Positions 52,188-60,291 of a stretch of 64,000 nt of DNA are shown in pieces. The notes under the pieces were generated by a model. The model saw only the letters and a list, made by a program, of their open reading frames with translations. It was not told the origin of the DNA and ran no database searches. The first letter of the stretch is position 1. Each line of letters opens with the position of its first letter. Origin of the DNA: Escherichia phage EJP2; the sequence record OQ411014.1; one strand, 5' to 3'. Made by a program: the position numbers and the translations under genes.

Positions 52188-54941
52188 ATGTCATCTAAAA
52201 GAGTAATAGGTTCAGTTGAGTTTTTAAGTAACTTAGCTGTAAATGGGAAATACGCAATGCGTTCCTTTAATGGTGTCAATCCAGATGCCAATACTGGTAT
52301 AATCACTTATCCATTTTATACCAGAGAAGAAGTTCAGAAGATTCTCGATATACTCCCTGTTTCACGTATAGGTGAAATGGACTATCTACCACCGAACGTA
52401 AGTGGTTCCTTTAGTGGAGCTACTTCATTCTCGAATGATCGCAGAGTTCAGCCATGTATTATTGAAGATGATGGTACAGCCGTAATTATTCGCCCTGGTA
52501 CGAATGGTAGTCAGTTTGATTTTTATTATGCTTACATCCGTAACGTCAGAAATATCCCAACTCTAACACAAAGTGATATTGTTCAGACGAATACCAGATA
52601 TCACCCATCATATCTTACTAGTACTCAAAAGATTGAACAATTTTACGGTACTGATGGATATGATCTTCTTTGGTACAGAGTTTCTGACTCAGTTAATAGT
52701 TCAAACTATTTTGCAATTACATTAACTAACGGTTCCTTTAACGTAGTAGGTCACCAACATGCTCTTATTCCACAAACATCTATGCCTAATTTCACACCAG
52801 CATATGCTCATATCGTGAATGGTTCAGTATACATGTGGGGCTATGACAGTACTTTAGGTTCAGGTAGAGCATTGAAGTTATACACTATCCCAACTAGTTC
52901 GTTGCGTTCTGGTGTTACTACTGGTTTAACTGCTGTCACTGGATTTAATGGAAAAACTATCAACGGTAATGCTTATACAGCAGCCAGTACTGCTAGGATT
53001 TATGATACATATGCAAGTACTACCAGTACTGCTGATTGCTTAATTCAATACACGTCTAACATGTATTCTCCTGAATATCACGACTACGCCATCTCCAATG
53101 CAATGGCGGCTGGTAATGCTGATAATACACAGATTCGTTTCACTATGTTCCCTACATATCGTTACGGTTCTGCGTATGGTTTTAGTGGTATATTCATGTA
53201 CGCAATTAGTTTAGTCTATAATATCAGTACTAAAACATTTACGTACGATACTACATCTTTAGGTAAAATTGTGGTGAATGCTACACTAAATGGTTCTACA
53301 ATGACCTATACAGAAACTGCTAACCCATATTTGGTTGATGCAACTTCATGGCGTGGTTTTGGTGCAAGTCTAGGTAACTGTGGAACAATCTGTCAAGCAG
53401 GTGATGGTTTCATGGTGAGTACTCGCTCTCGTTGGGCAAGTTCTGCTCCTTACGGTGTCAGTACTTCTAAGATTAATAACTTTACTTCTCAATTCGATTC
53501 TATTAAAATGACTGGTAGAAGTGTTACTGCAAATACTCAACTATTTGCTAACCCAATCTACGGTTCTGCAATTGGTGAGAACTTGATGGGTCCACGTCTG
53601 TTAAGTAAAACTCGTATGATTCTTGCATGTTCAGGTACATACGATGGTGTATCCAACGCAAGCTATGACAATACTGTAGTTGCGGACTTCGGTACTGATT
53701 CGAACTTCTCATACAAGTCAATGACTCAAGGTACACTTACTGGGTATGCACCACAAACGTATCGTAAATTCGCTAATAATGACAACTTCAGACTATCAGA
53801 ATTAGTAACACTAATGGACAGTACTGGTAATGTTCAAGCAAGTAGTACTGCATTCATCGAGAACGTTAAGTACACTGGTGGGATTGGTATTAACCCTGAT
53901 ACACTTGAATACACTGGCAGTACTGTTAATATGTCCAATGCAGTTATCCAATCACTTAAACAAGGTATTGCAACTTCTGCTGGTATTCCATTGAATACAA
54001 GTTTGCTTACAGTGTATTACATTCCTGATACATCATATTGCAATCACCAAGCAGTACTAATGGTTCGTAATCCTGATAACACTGGCGTTGTAGTACTAGC
54101 TGAAATGAATTTAACTACAAGTACTTCTGGAAGTACAATTACTGTTACTGGTGGTTCTGTAATAAGAACTTTCGTTCAGAACAGACCAAATATTACTTCA
54201 GTAAATGGTGGGAACTACGCTCGTAACGTTGGTGTTTGTGCTGGTAAATTCAGTGGTTTTAATTACCTTAGTGTTCACTCAGCGAATAACTTTGGTGTTC
54301 CTGGTGATGCAAGGTCTTATTCGTTCTTTGCAAAAGTTAAGGGTGGTGCTATAGTATCACAGAGAATCGATGAGTCCTATTATTCACAGACATATGGCAG
54401 GACTGGTGGTTTCCTACCAGGGAAAGGTTTCGGTTATTATGATAACTCAGTGAGTGATTACCAGACCAAATCCGTGTTCCAACTCTTCGGTACTACTGAA
54501 GCACAGATGGATGCACTAATTGCTGGTACTGGAACATCAACACCTGTTGTTGTTATGTCTCAAGAAGTTCCTGAAGGTTTTAGTGTTTACTTTACACAAG
54601 AACTACCAGTATTCTTAGGTGGTATGTACGATAAGCTACCAATCCAGACAGTTGATTTGAGAACTATCAAAGCTGATCCATCCAATACTACTTTCTATAT
54701 CTACGTATCAATGGATAGAAGTAAAGGTGAAGCATCATACGTTATCAGTACTGCACTCTTGGATGAAACTCTAACCAGAGCATTCATTGGTACTATTGTG
54801 ACTATTGATGCAGGTATTGACCGGATTGATGCAGAGAAGGTAACACGCTTCTTGACTTACAGACCAAGTACTTACAAGAGGGGTTCTGCAATCCCTGCGA
54901 GTACTGGTGTTCCATCTGGGACTGGTTCACGCTGGCATTAA
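52188..54941 (+). CDS. tail fibre protein (917 aa)
   Basis: Paralogue of 48882..51581 (N-terminus YLPPNVSGSFSGA vs YLPAGVSGDFNGA; RPGTNGS vs RAGTNGS); C-terminus ...GSAIPASTGVPSGTGSRWH. Confidence 0.7.
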   Translation: MSSKRVIGSVEFLSNLAVNGKYAMRSFNGVNPDANTGIITYPFYTREEVQKILDILPVSRIGEMDYLPPNVSGSFSGATSFSNDRRVQPCIIEDDGTAVIIRPGTNGSQFDFYYAYIRNVRNIPTLTQSDIVQTNTRYHPSYLTSTQKIEQFYGTDGYDLLWYRVSDSVNSSNYFAITLTNGSFNVVGHQHALIPQTSMPNFTPAYAHIVNGSVYMWGYDSTLGSGRALKLYTIPTSSLRSGVTTGLTAVTGFNGKTINGNAYTAASTARIYDTYASTTSTADCLIQYTSNMYSPEYHDYAISNAMAAGNADNTQIRFTMFPTYRYGSAYGFSGIFMYAISLVYNISTKTFTYDTTSLGKIVVNATLNGSTMTYTETANPYLVDATSWRGFGASLGNCGTICQAGDGFMVSTRSRWASSAPYGVSTSKINNFTSQFDSIKMTGRSVTANTQLFANPIYGSAIGENLMGPRLLSKTRMILACSGTYDGVSNASYDNTVVADFGTDSNFSYKSMTQGTLTGYAPQTYRKFANNDNFRLSELVTLMDSTGNVQASSTAFIENVKYTGGIGINPDTLEYTGSTVNMSNAVIQSLKQGIATSAGIPLNTSLLTVYYIPDTSYCNHQAVLMVRNPDNTGVVVLAEMNLTTSTSGSTITVTGGSVIRTFVQNRPNITSVNGGNYARNVGVCAGKFSGFNYLSVHSANNFGVPGDARSYSFFAKVKGGAIVSQRIDESYYSQTYGRTGGFLPGKGFGYYDNSVSDYQTKSVFQLFGTTEAQMDALIAGTGTSTPVVVMSQEVPEGFSVYFTQELPVFLGGMYDKLPIQTVDLRTIKADPSNTTFYIYVSMDRSKGEASYVISTALLDETLTRAFIGTIVTIDAGIDRIDAEKVTRFLTYRPSTYKRGSAIPASTGVPSGTGSRWH

Positions 54942-54954
54942 TTTAAACTCAATT

Positions 54955-54983
54955 GAGGTTGTCTATTGACAGCCTCTTTTTTT
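54955..54983 (+). terminator. intrinsic terminator overlapping the next promoter's -35
   Basis: GAGGTTGTC-tatt-GACAGCCTC followed by a T7 run. Confidence 0.7.
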
Positions 54984-54994
54984 CTTGATATAAT
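54966..54994 (+). promoter_or_regulatory. sigma70-type early promoter
   Basis: TTGACA (54966-54971), 17-nt spacer, TGaTATAAT (54989-54994). Confidence 0.7.
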
Positions 54995-55021
54995 GTTTAG
55001 ACTCATGGAAGGAGGAAAATT

Positions 55022-55333
55022 ATGCAATACAGAACACCAGTACTGATCAATCGATACAAAAGTAAAGACTTTGATGTTTACATTGGTCGTGGGACAAAAT
55101 GGGGAAACCCGTTCCCAATCGATGAAGCATGTGGTCAAACTCGCCTAATCGTTATTGAAATGTACAGACACCAAATGTATGAATGGCTAGAAAATGGAAC
55201 CATCACTGTTCAGGATATTTTGGATTTATCGGGAAAAACCATTGCATGTTCTTGTGCACCAAAGGCATGTCATGGAGATATAATCATAGAGGTATTCAAT
55301 GAAATAGTGAGTATGATGAATGCAGGAACATAA
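55022..55333 (+). CDS. DUF4326-family protein
   Basis: DVYIGRGTKWGNPF ... GKTIACSCAPKACHGDII, the family-typical pattern. Confidence 0.7.
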   Translation: MQYRTPVLINRYKSKDFDVYIGRGTKWGNPFPIDEACGQTRLIVIEMYRHQMYEWLENGTITVQDILDLSGKTIACSCAPKACHGDIIIEVFNEIVSMMNAGT

Positions 55334-55721
55334 AATATATGACATCATTAAAACTCTTAAAACTTGTAAGAGAGTAACATTATCTGAAAAAGTTTACTGC
55401 GGTTTAAATGATAAAAAGTGTATCATGTTCGATTGTATAGATGATGGTGAATCCAGCATTAGTATTGCTAGTCCTAAGAATCCTAATGGTGATTTTATCT
55501 TCTGTACAGTTACTGATGAACTTGAATTTGTACTCGTCAAGAGTGATGGTGCACAATCTGAAATCTTAGACTTGAGTACTGAAGATAGATTCTTTCAACG
55601 AAGTTTACTCTTTGACTTATCATTAACCTATGATGAGTATCAATCAGTACTTCATAATTTCAACAAATTTTATAACGGACTAATCAGTACTGTTATAATC
55701 TATTCAACCGAGGTCATATAA
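55320..55721 (+). CDS. FQAS-motif family member (dispersed copy)
   Basis: Motif EDRFFQRSLLFDLSLTYDEYQ. Confidence 0.6.
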   Translation: MQEHKIYDIIKTLKTCKRVTLSEKVYCGLNDKKCIMFDCIDDGESSISIASPKNPNGDFIFCTVTDELEFVLVKSDGAQSEILDLSTEDRFFQRSLLFDLSLTYDEYQSVLHNFNKFYNGLISTVIIYSTEVI

Positions 55722-56968
55722 TGTCAAAAAATATGCTCGAAAATATCATCGTAAAACACTACGCTGGTAGTATCGCTTATGGTACAAATACTCCCTTATC
55801 AGATGTTGATTTCCGTGGAATCTTTATGGCTCCAAAGGAATTCATCTTGTCTCCGTTCGTAAACGTAGGGGAAGCATCTGATTCAAAAGAAGAAGATACT
55901 AAATTCTACGAACTCAATAAGTTCATGAAACTAAATGTCGATGCGAACCCGAATATCCTCGAAACACTATGGGTCGATGATGAACACATCGTTGAAAGTA
56001 CTGAAATGTACCAACATCTTCGCAAGCACAGAAGTGAACTACTAAGTAATAAGATTGCATTTACTTATACTGGATTCGCATATAACCAAGTTCACCGCAT
56101 GAGCAACCATAATGGCTGGATGGATAAAGAGAGAATTGCTGAACGCAGACTCAATGAAATCATCGAAAAACATCCTTGTATTGAAGTGAAAGAGTGGATG
56201 TACGAATATTTCCCTCATTATGTCATTGACCGGATTGACTTCTCTAATGTAAAAGGTTATAGTGATGATGTTGATTTGGACTTGGATAAGTTCTTGCGTG
56301 ATAGTTCTCTGCAACTGATCAGTACTAAATCCTTAGCACAGCATCACTTCGTGCGTTTAGTACATAATTACTTACCACAGAAAGTACTTGACCGTGATTT
56401 CAACTTAGCTCATTTCAATACGAATCATGAACTAATTCACTACGGTGATAATATCTTTGCAGTAGTTCCAACTCAGGGGAAATCGAAAGTACTTTCAGTA
56501 CATAACGATTTAGTTTGGGATTCAAAGAAAGAACGTACTCCTGAAGAACTAAAAGTACTTCCATCTTTGATTGTGAAATTCAATCGCAAAGAATATGAAG
56601 AACTGAATGATAAACGCAAGCACTATCACAAGTGGAAAGAGAACCGTAACAGTATTCGTGCTGAACTGGAGTCAAAGAATGGCTTCGATACTAAGCACGC
56701 AATGCACGTGGTTCGTTTATTACGTACAGCAAAAGAAGCACTGTTGACTGGTGTCATCAACGTCAAACGTCCTGATGCGGAAGAATTACTTGCAATCCGT
56801 AATGGTGCTTGGACATATGAAGAAATGATGAAGTACTTTGAATCTGAATCTAAATTAGTAATGAACTTAGGTAAAACATCAAAAGTACTTCCATCGTCCC
56901 CAAACCGTAAACTAGCAACTCAATTAGTACTAGACTTACGTGAGATGCATTGGAAACAAGGAAAATAA
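55721..56968 (+). CDS. nucleotidyltransferase-domain protein (Pol-beta superfamily; RNA-repair-associated type)
   Basis: N-terminal YAGSIAYGTNTPLSDVDFRGIF (G[ST]..YG...SD.D); 415 aa. Confidence 0.6.
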   Translation: MSKNMLENIIVKHYAGSIAYGTNTPLSDVDFRGIFMAPKEFILSPFVNVGEASDSKEEDTKFYELNKFMKLNVDANPNILETLWVDDEHIVESTEMYQHLRKHRSELLSNKIAFTYTGFAYNQVHRMSNHNGWMDKERIAERRLNEIIEKHPCIEVKEWMYEYFPHYVIDRIDFSNVKGYSDDVDLDLDKFLRDSSLQLISTKSLAQHHFVRLVHNYLPQKVLDRDFNLAHFNTNHELIHYGDNIFAVVPTQGKSKVLSVHNDLVWDSKKERTPEELKVLPSLIVKFNRKEYEELNDKRKHYHKWKENRNSIRAELESKNGFDTKHAMHVVRLLRTAKEALLTGVINVKRPDAEELLAIRNGAWTYEEMMKYFESESKLVMNLGKTSKVLPSSPNRKLATQLVLDLREMHWKQGK

Positions 56969-56969
56969 T

Positions 56970-57122
56970 ATGCCTGAACTACAGAAACATATTGACGCTA
57001 TCATTGAACTTTACTTCAACGAAAAAGATACAGTAAAGCGTTATGAAATTGCAGCAGAAGTACAACATGCACTAGATGAAGCACGTCAAGCTACTGTTCA
57101 TAAAATCACTAAAGGCAAATAA
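56970..57122 (+). CDS. hypothetical protein (50 aa)
   Basis: ATG 56970 with AAGGA RBS, directly after the upstream stop; terminator follows. Confidence 0.5.
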   Translation: MPELQKHIDAIIELYFNEKDTVKRYEIAAEVQHALDEARQATVHKITKGK

Positions 57123-57124
57123 CG

Positions 57125-57154
57125 AAAAAGGCCCAGATTATTCTGGGCTTTTTT
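57125..57154 (+). terminator. intrinsic terminator
   Basis: GCCCAGA-ttat-TCTGGGC followed by TTTTTT. Confidence 0.8.
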
Positions 57155-57198
57155 ATGTGCTAAATATTTGTACATTCATCATCAACACGGAGGTACAT

Positions 57199-57555
57199 AT
57201 GGGTGTATTCACGAAGTACTGGAAACTTGCTTCAGTACTTATTCTGTTACTAGGCTCATTCTATTCAGGGTGGTACGTAAAGACTCTAAAGGATGGTTAT
57301 GAACAGAATATTGTTAAAGAAGTAAAACAAGAAGTACAGGGTGCATTAAAGGAAGTAAAAGAACAGAACTACCAAAACTACTTAAACACGAAAGAGTATT
57401 TGGATTCTAAACAAATCAATGTAATCAAAGAAAAGATTCCAGTTATCATTGAGAAAGAAAAAGAGATATACTTCCAGTACTGTTTAGAAGAGGAAGGAGT
57501 AGAGGCTCTACGTATTCTACGTGAGAACTCAAGAATTGCGAGAGGTATGAAATGA
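57199..57555 (+). CDS. i-spanin candidate
   Basis: Start moved to ATG 57199 (GGAGG RBS), because the track start 57076 would span the terminator; N-terminal TM helix WKLASVLILLLGSFYSGWY, then a charged coiled-coil-like region. Confidence 0.6.
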   Translation: MGVFTKYWKLASVLILLLGSFYSGWYVKTLKDGYEQNIVKEVKQEVQGALKEVKEQNYQNYLNTKEYLDSKQINVIKEKIPVIIEKEKEIYFQYCLEEEGVEALRILRENSRIARGMK

Positions 57556-57875
57556 AAAAGTTAATCCTTAGTATTGTATTCGCTTGTACAGTACTTCTAT
57601 GTGGTTGTGCACCAAAAGCATTAGTAACAATGGAAGCACCTATACTGGAGACTGATTCTAAGTTCCTGGAGCGTTGTACTGCTGATACACCAGTACCGGA
57701 AAATCCTTACATTGATAAAGACGGGAAGAAGCTATACAATGGTATTTCCAGCATGGAAGCCTTTCAAAAATGGCAAACAGTATATGATGATTGTGCACTC
57801 AAACATGATGCACTAATAAATGTTATACTAGAATTGCAAAAAAATCGTACAGTACTATTGAAGAAAGAACATTGA
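57552..57875 (+). CDS. o-spanin candidate (outer-membrane lipoprotein)
   Basis: MKKLILSIVFACTVLLCGC lipobox; ATGA overlap with the i-spanin candidate. Confidence 0.6.
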   Translation: MKKLILSIVFACTVLLCGCAPKALVTMEAPILETDSKFLERCTADTPVPENPYIDKDGKKLYNGISSMEAFQKWQTVYDDCALKHDALINVILELQKNRTVLLKKEH

Positions 57876-57888
57876 TGTATTATACTCA

Positions 57889-57916
57889 GGGGGTCCAATA
57901 TCGGATTCCCTTTTTT
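57889..57916 (+). terminator. intrinsic terminator
   Basis: GGGGGTCC-aatatc-GGATTCCC (two G-U pairs) followed by TTTTTT. Confidence 0.6.
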
Positions 57917-57927
57917 ATGGAGCAAAT

Positions 57928-58293
57928 ATGACAACTAAAATTTTCCCTCAGAGTCTTATGAAGGATCTATCTTACGGTTACGGTACTACTAAGGTCATGG
58001 GTGATTATAATGAAAAGACTGATTCCTTCGCACCGGATATCGAATATGAAGTCTTACACAATGAACAGTGTAATACTACTCGTTGGAACAGTGTTCATGA
58101 TTTAGTTTTTCTTGACAAGAGTACTGGGAAAACGTATCATACACAGTATGAAGTTGGTCTTACCGAATCGCAGTATTTGAGTGCATTTGACTATGATAAA
58201 GAAGGTGTCGAATGTACTGAAGTACAAACGTGGGAAGAGCAAGTTACCTATACAGTGTTAAAATGGCGGGATAAAAATGATTCAAGATATTGA
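57928..58293 (+). CDS. hypothetical protein (121 aa)
   Basis: ORF track; GGAG RBS. Confidence 0.65.
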   Translation: MTTKIFPQSLMKDLSYGYGTTKVMGDYNEKTDSFAPDIEYEVLHNEQCNTTRWNSVHDLVFLDKSTGKTYHTQYEVGLTESQYLSAFDYDKEGVECTEVQTWEEQVTYTVLKWRDKNDSRY

Positions 58294-58666
58294 TTTTTCT
58301 AATTTGGAATACGTCAGTGCAGTCAAAAATATCAGTACTGAAGATGATATCAAATACGTTACTACTACGATTACGTTCTTGCGTAAAGAAGATAGTATTG
58401 CTCATCTAACTGGACTTGAGAAGACTTTCGCTGAACTCAAATTACAAGAAGAATCAAAGTACATCAAACTTGCTTCGGTGTACACTACGGTTGAAGATGT
58501 TATCCAGAAAGATGAGCCAATTAAGGTGATTTTTTCTGGGATAAATAAAAAGTACCGGCAGGTTACTCGTTCTGAAACGGATGAGAACATGCACATTATT
58601 CTGAATGACATTCAGTTCGTAGATATGGTTTTTGACCGTTCTGAAAATAAACATGTTTACATGTAG
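58277..58666 (+). CDS. hypothetical protein (129 aa)
   Basis: ORF track; overlaps upstream end. Confidence 0.6.
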   Translation: MIQDIDFSNLEYVSAVKNISTEDDIKYVTTTITFLRKEDSIAHLTGLEKTFAELKLQEESKYIKLASVYTTVEDVIQKDEPIKVIFSGINKKYRQVTRSETDENMHIILNDIQFVDMVFDRSENKHVYM

Positions 58667-58671
58667 TATTT

Positions 58672-58701
58672 TTGAGATGAATGAAAATTTTGTGATATAA
58701 T
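58672..58701 (+). promoter_or_regulatory. sigma70-type promoter driving RNA locus B
   Basis: TTGAGA (58672-58677), 18-nt spacer, TGTGaTATAAT (58696-58701); the TGTGATATAAT string is identical to that at 4757-4767. Confidence 0.65.
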
Positions 58702-58707
58702 GTATAG

Positions 58708-59229
58708 TACGGATAACACCTATGTTGAATGTCTTTGATAAACAGAACCTGATCCACTCGAAAATGTAGAGGGCAGATGAGTAGAACATTCACTACGAAG
58801 TGCAAATGAAACCCGTCAGTAATAAAGCGTAAGTGCGGTCATACAAACGAGACGTAAGACACACGCGACACGGCAAAGCGGCACTATAAAAGCGATAAGA
58901 AAACATATTCGCTCTTGATAGACTTATGAGGCATACTCACCCAGTTGAAAGGGAGTCTCTTTACGGAGAGACAGCAGTATTTGTTGCTGAATTAGCAAGT
59001 ACTGTAAGCGTGTGAGGAACACGACCGTTGTATGCAGACTGTAGTAGCTGGAAACAGGACAACCCGCCAGCGTTGCTACTTTTATTTGTACGGGAAAGAT
59101 CCGTCCAAAAAGTAGTGAATCTACAAATTCAGATTGGTAAGACTACCAGCGTCAGGATATTCCTGATTTTTTTTCGGCCCTCCCTTGTGGGGGGATGGAA
59201 TTGGATCAACAAACCTCGTCAAGTATAAT
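58708..59229 (+). ncRNA. candidate novel structured ncRNA, copy B (ends approximate)
   Basis: About 690-nt ORF-free gap. Shares conserved blocks with copy A (58748-58776, 58808-58816, 59020-59030, 59144-59154, 59178-59195, 59213-59222). Hairpin GCTGG-AAACAGGACAACCCG-CCAGC (59047-59071) covaries with copy A. Confidence 0.6.
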
Positions 59230-59261
59230 ATGAATAGTATTAGTACTTAATAATTCAAATG

Positions 59262-59332
59262 AATTGAGAGATATGAGATGAGCGATAGCGAAATCGAATA
59301 TGTCTCAATTCTTGGCTTACGCAGTAAGCCAA
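59262..59332 (+). other. two strong stem-loops between RNA locus B and the next gene
   Basis: 13-bp stem (1 mismatch) 59262-59274/59298-59310; 9-bp stem TTGGCTTAC-gca-GTAAGCCAA 59312-59332; same arrangement as downstream of copy A. Confidence 0.5.
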
Positions 59333-59354
59333 CGAAACATTACAGGAGCTTATC

Positions 59355-59765
59355 ATGAGTCAGTTAGAACCAATTGTAGGATCTTATAATATTTTCTTCA
59401 AAGATACCAATGTAACACCAAGCAGTTCATATAACCAAAATACACGTGTAAGTACTTACACAATTGAGCATTTAAGTACTGGCAAGAATTTCAGTACTGA
59501 ATACGGGAAGTACGTCCAGAAGAACTCCGATTGTTTTCAGCTATTTCGTAACTCCCCACGTCAAGATATTTTACTAATCACAAACGAAGTGGAGTTCCGT
59601 CAAAGATCTCTTGATTTCCCTAATGCAGTTCATTATACTATTAGTGATATCGACTTCATCAAAGTACTTGTTCATTACGACGAAGTATCAAAGGTAAGTA
59701 CTTTTGAGGATTTGTCTTTTGATGAAGTAATTGCACTCAAGGATAAACTATATGAAAGCAAGTGA
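59355..59765 (+). CDS. hypothetical protein, weak FQAS-family resemblance
   Basis: AGGAG RBS; EVEFRQRSLDFPNAVHYTISDIDF at the family motif position. Confidence 0.6.
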   Translation: MSQLEPIVGSYNIFFKDTNVTPSSSYNQNTRVSTYTIEHLSTGKNFSTEYGKYVQKNSDCFQLFRNSPRQDILLITNEVEFRQRSLDFPNAVHYTISDIDFIKVLVHYDEVSKVSTFEDLSFDEVIALKDKLYESK

Positions 59766-60291
59766 ACTAGCTGCGATTCTACTCAAGAATCCAGATATGG
59801 AAGTATATACGGAGAATCATCATTATGACAGTTATGATAATGACTCTTATTTCACTACAGAAAAAGTAGATTCAGTAGTACTGTCACCTGATGGTCTTTT
59901 CTTGAATTTCAAAACTATTGACACGGATACTGCACTGAAGACTCCAATGAGTAAACCGAAGTTGCATACGTTCCGTATAAAACTAAAAGATGGTGAGTAC
60001 TTTAGGATTCCAGAGAGTTACCACACTCTCAGTACTTTGATTGATTTCGAAGTTGAAGGTCATATGGTATTTTATGTGTCATGGCATGATGACTGGTGGA
60101 TTTTAGCACCTGAAGATACAGAAGATGAGTTCGTAAAAGAAAAAATATCTTATTCTTCATCTACACATTACACTCCAGATGATGTAGAATGTGTTCAGAT
60201 AATTACTGCACTAGATGATAAGTGGGAACCAATCTACACTGACTTCACTTTGCAAGATGCCATTGAATTTGCCAATAGGAATACTAAATGA
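59752..60291 (+). CDS. hypothetical protein, paralogue of 60288..60782
   Basis: Start at ATG 59752 (AAGGA 8 nt upstream): MKASELAAILLKNPDMEVY vs MKAKDLIDLLKNDPEQELY; FRIKLKDGEYF vs FRIFLKNGEEF. Confidence 0.65.
   Translation: MKASELAAILLKNPDMEVYTENHHYDSYDNDSYFTTEKVDSVVLSPDGLFLNFKTIDTDTALKTPMSKPKLHTFRIKLKDGEYFRIPESYHTLSTLIDFEVEGHMVFYVSWHDDWWILAPEDTEDEFVKEKISYSSSTHYTPDDVECVQIITALDDKWEPIYTDFTLQDAIEFANRNTK

Noticed and set aside
57076-57198. The upstream extension of the i-spanin ORF (track start 57076), and similar early track starts at 7061, 8740, 15017, 26654, 29161, 41427 and 42547
   Set aside because: These extensions run through terminator hairpins, promoters or the preceding gene. Internal ATGs with proper Shine-Dalgarno spacing give tighter and more consistent gene junctions.
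59201-59229. Interpreting the last conserved block (AACCTCGTCAA-R-TAATAA) purely as a shared promoter for the downstream genes
   Set aside because: I have not fully rejected this. In copy B it fits TTGGAT-N17-TATAAT, but in copy A the corresponding -35 and -10 are poor. I therefore did not annotate it as a promoter feature, and I flag it only as an alternative reading within the copy B finding.
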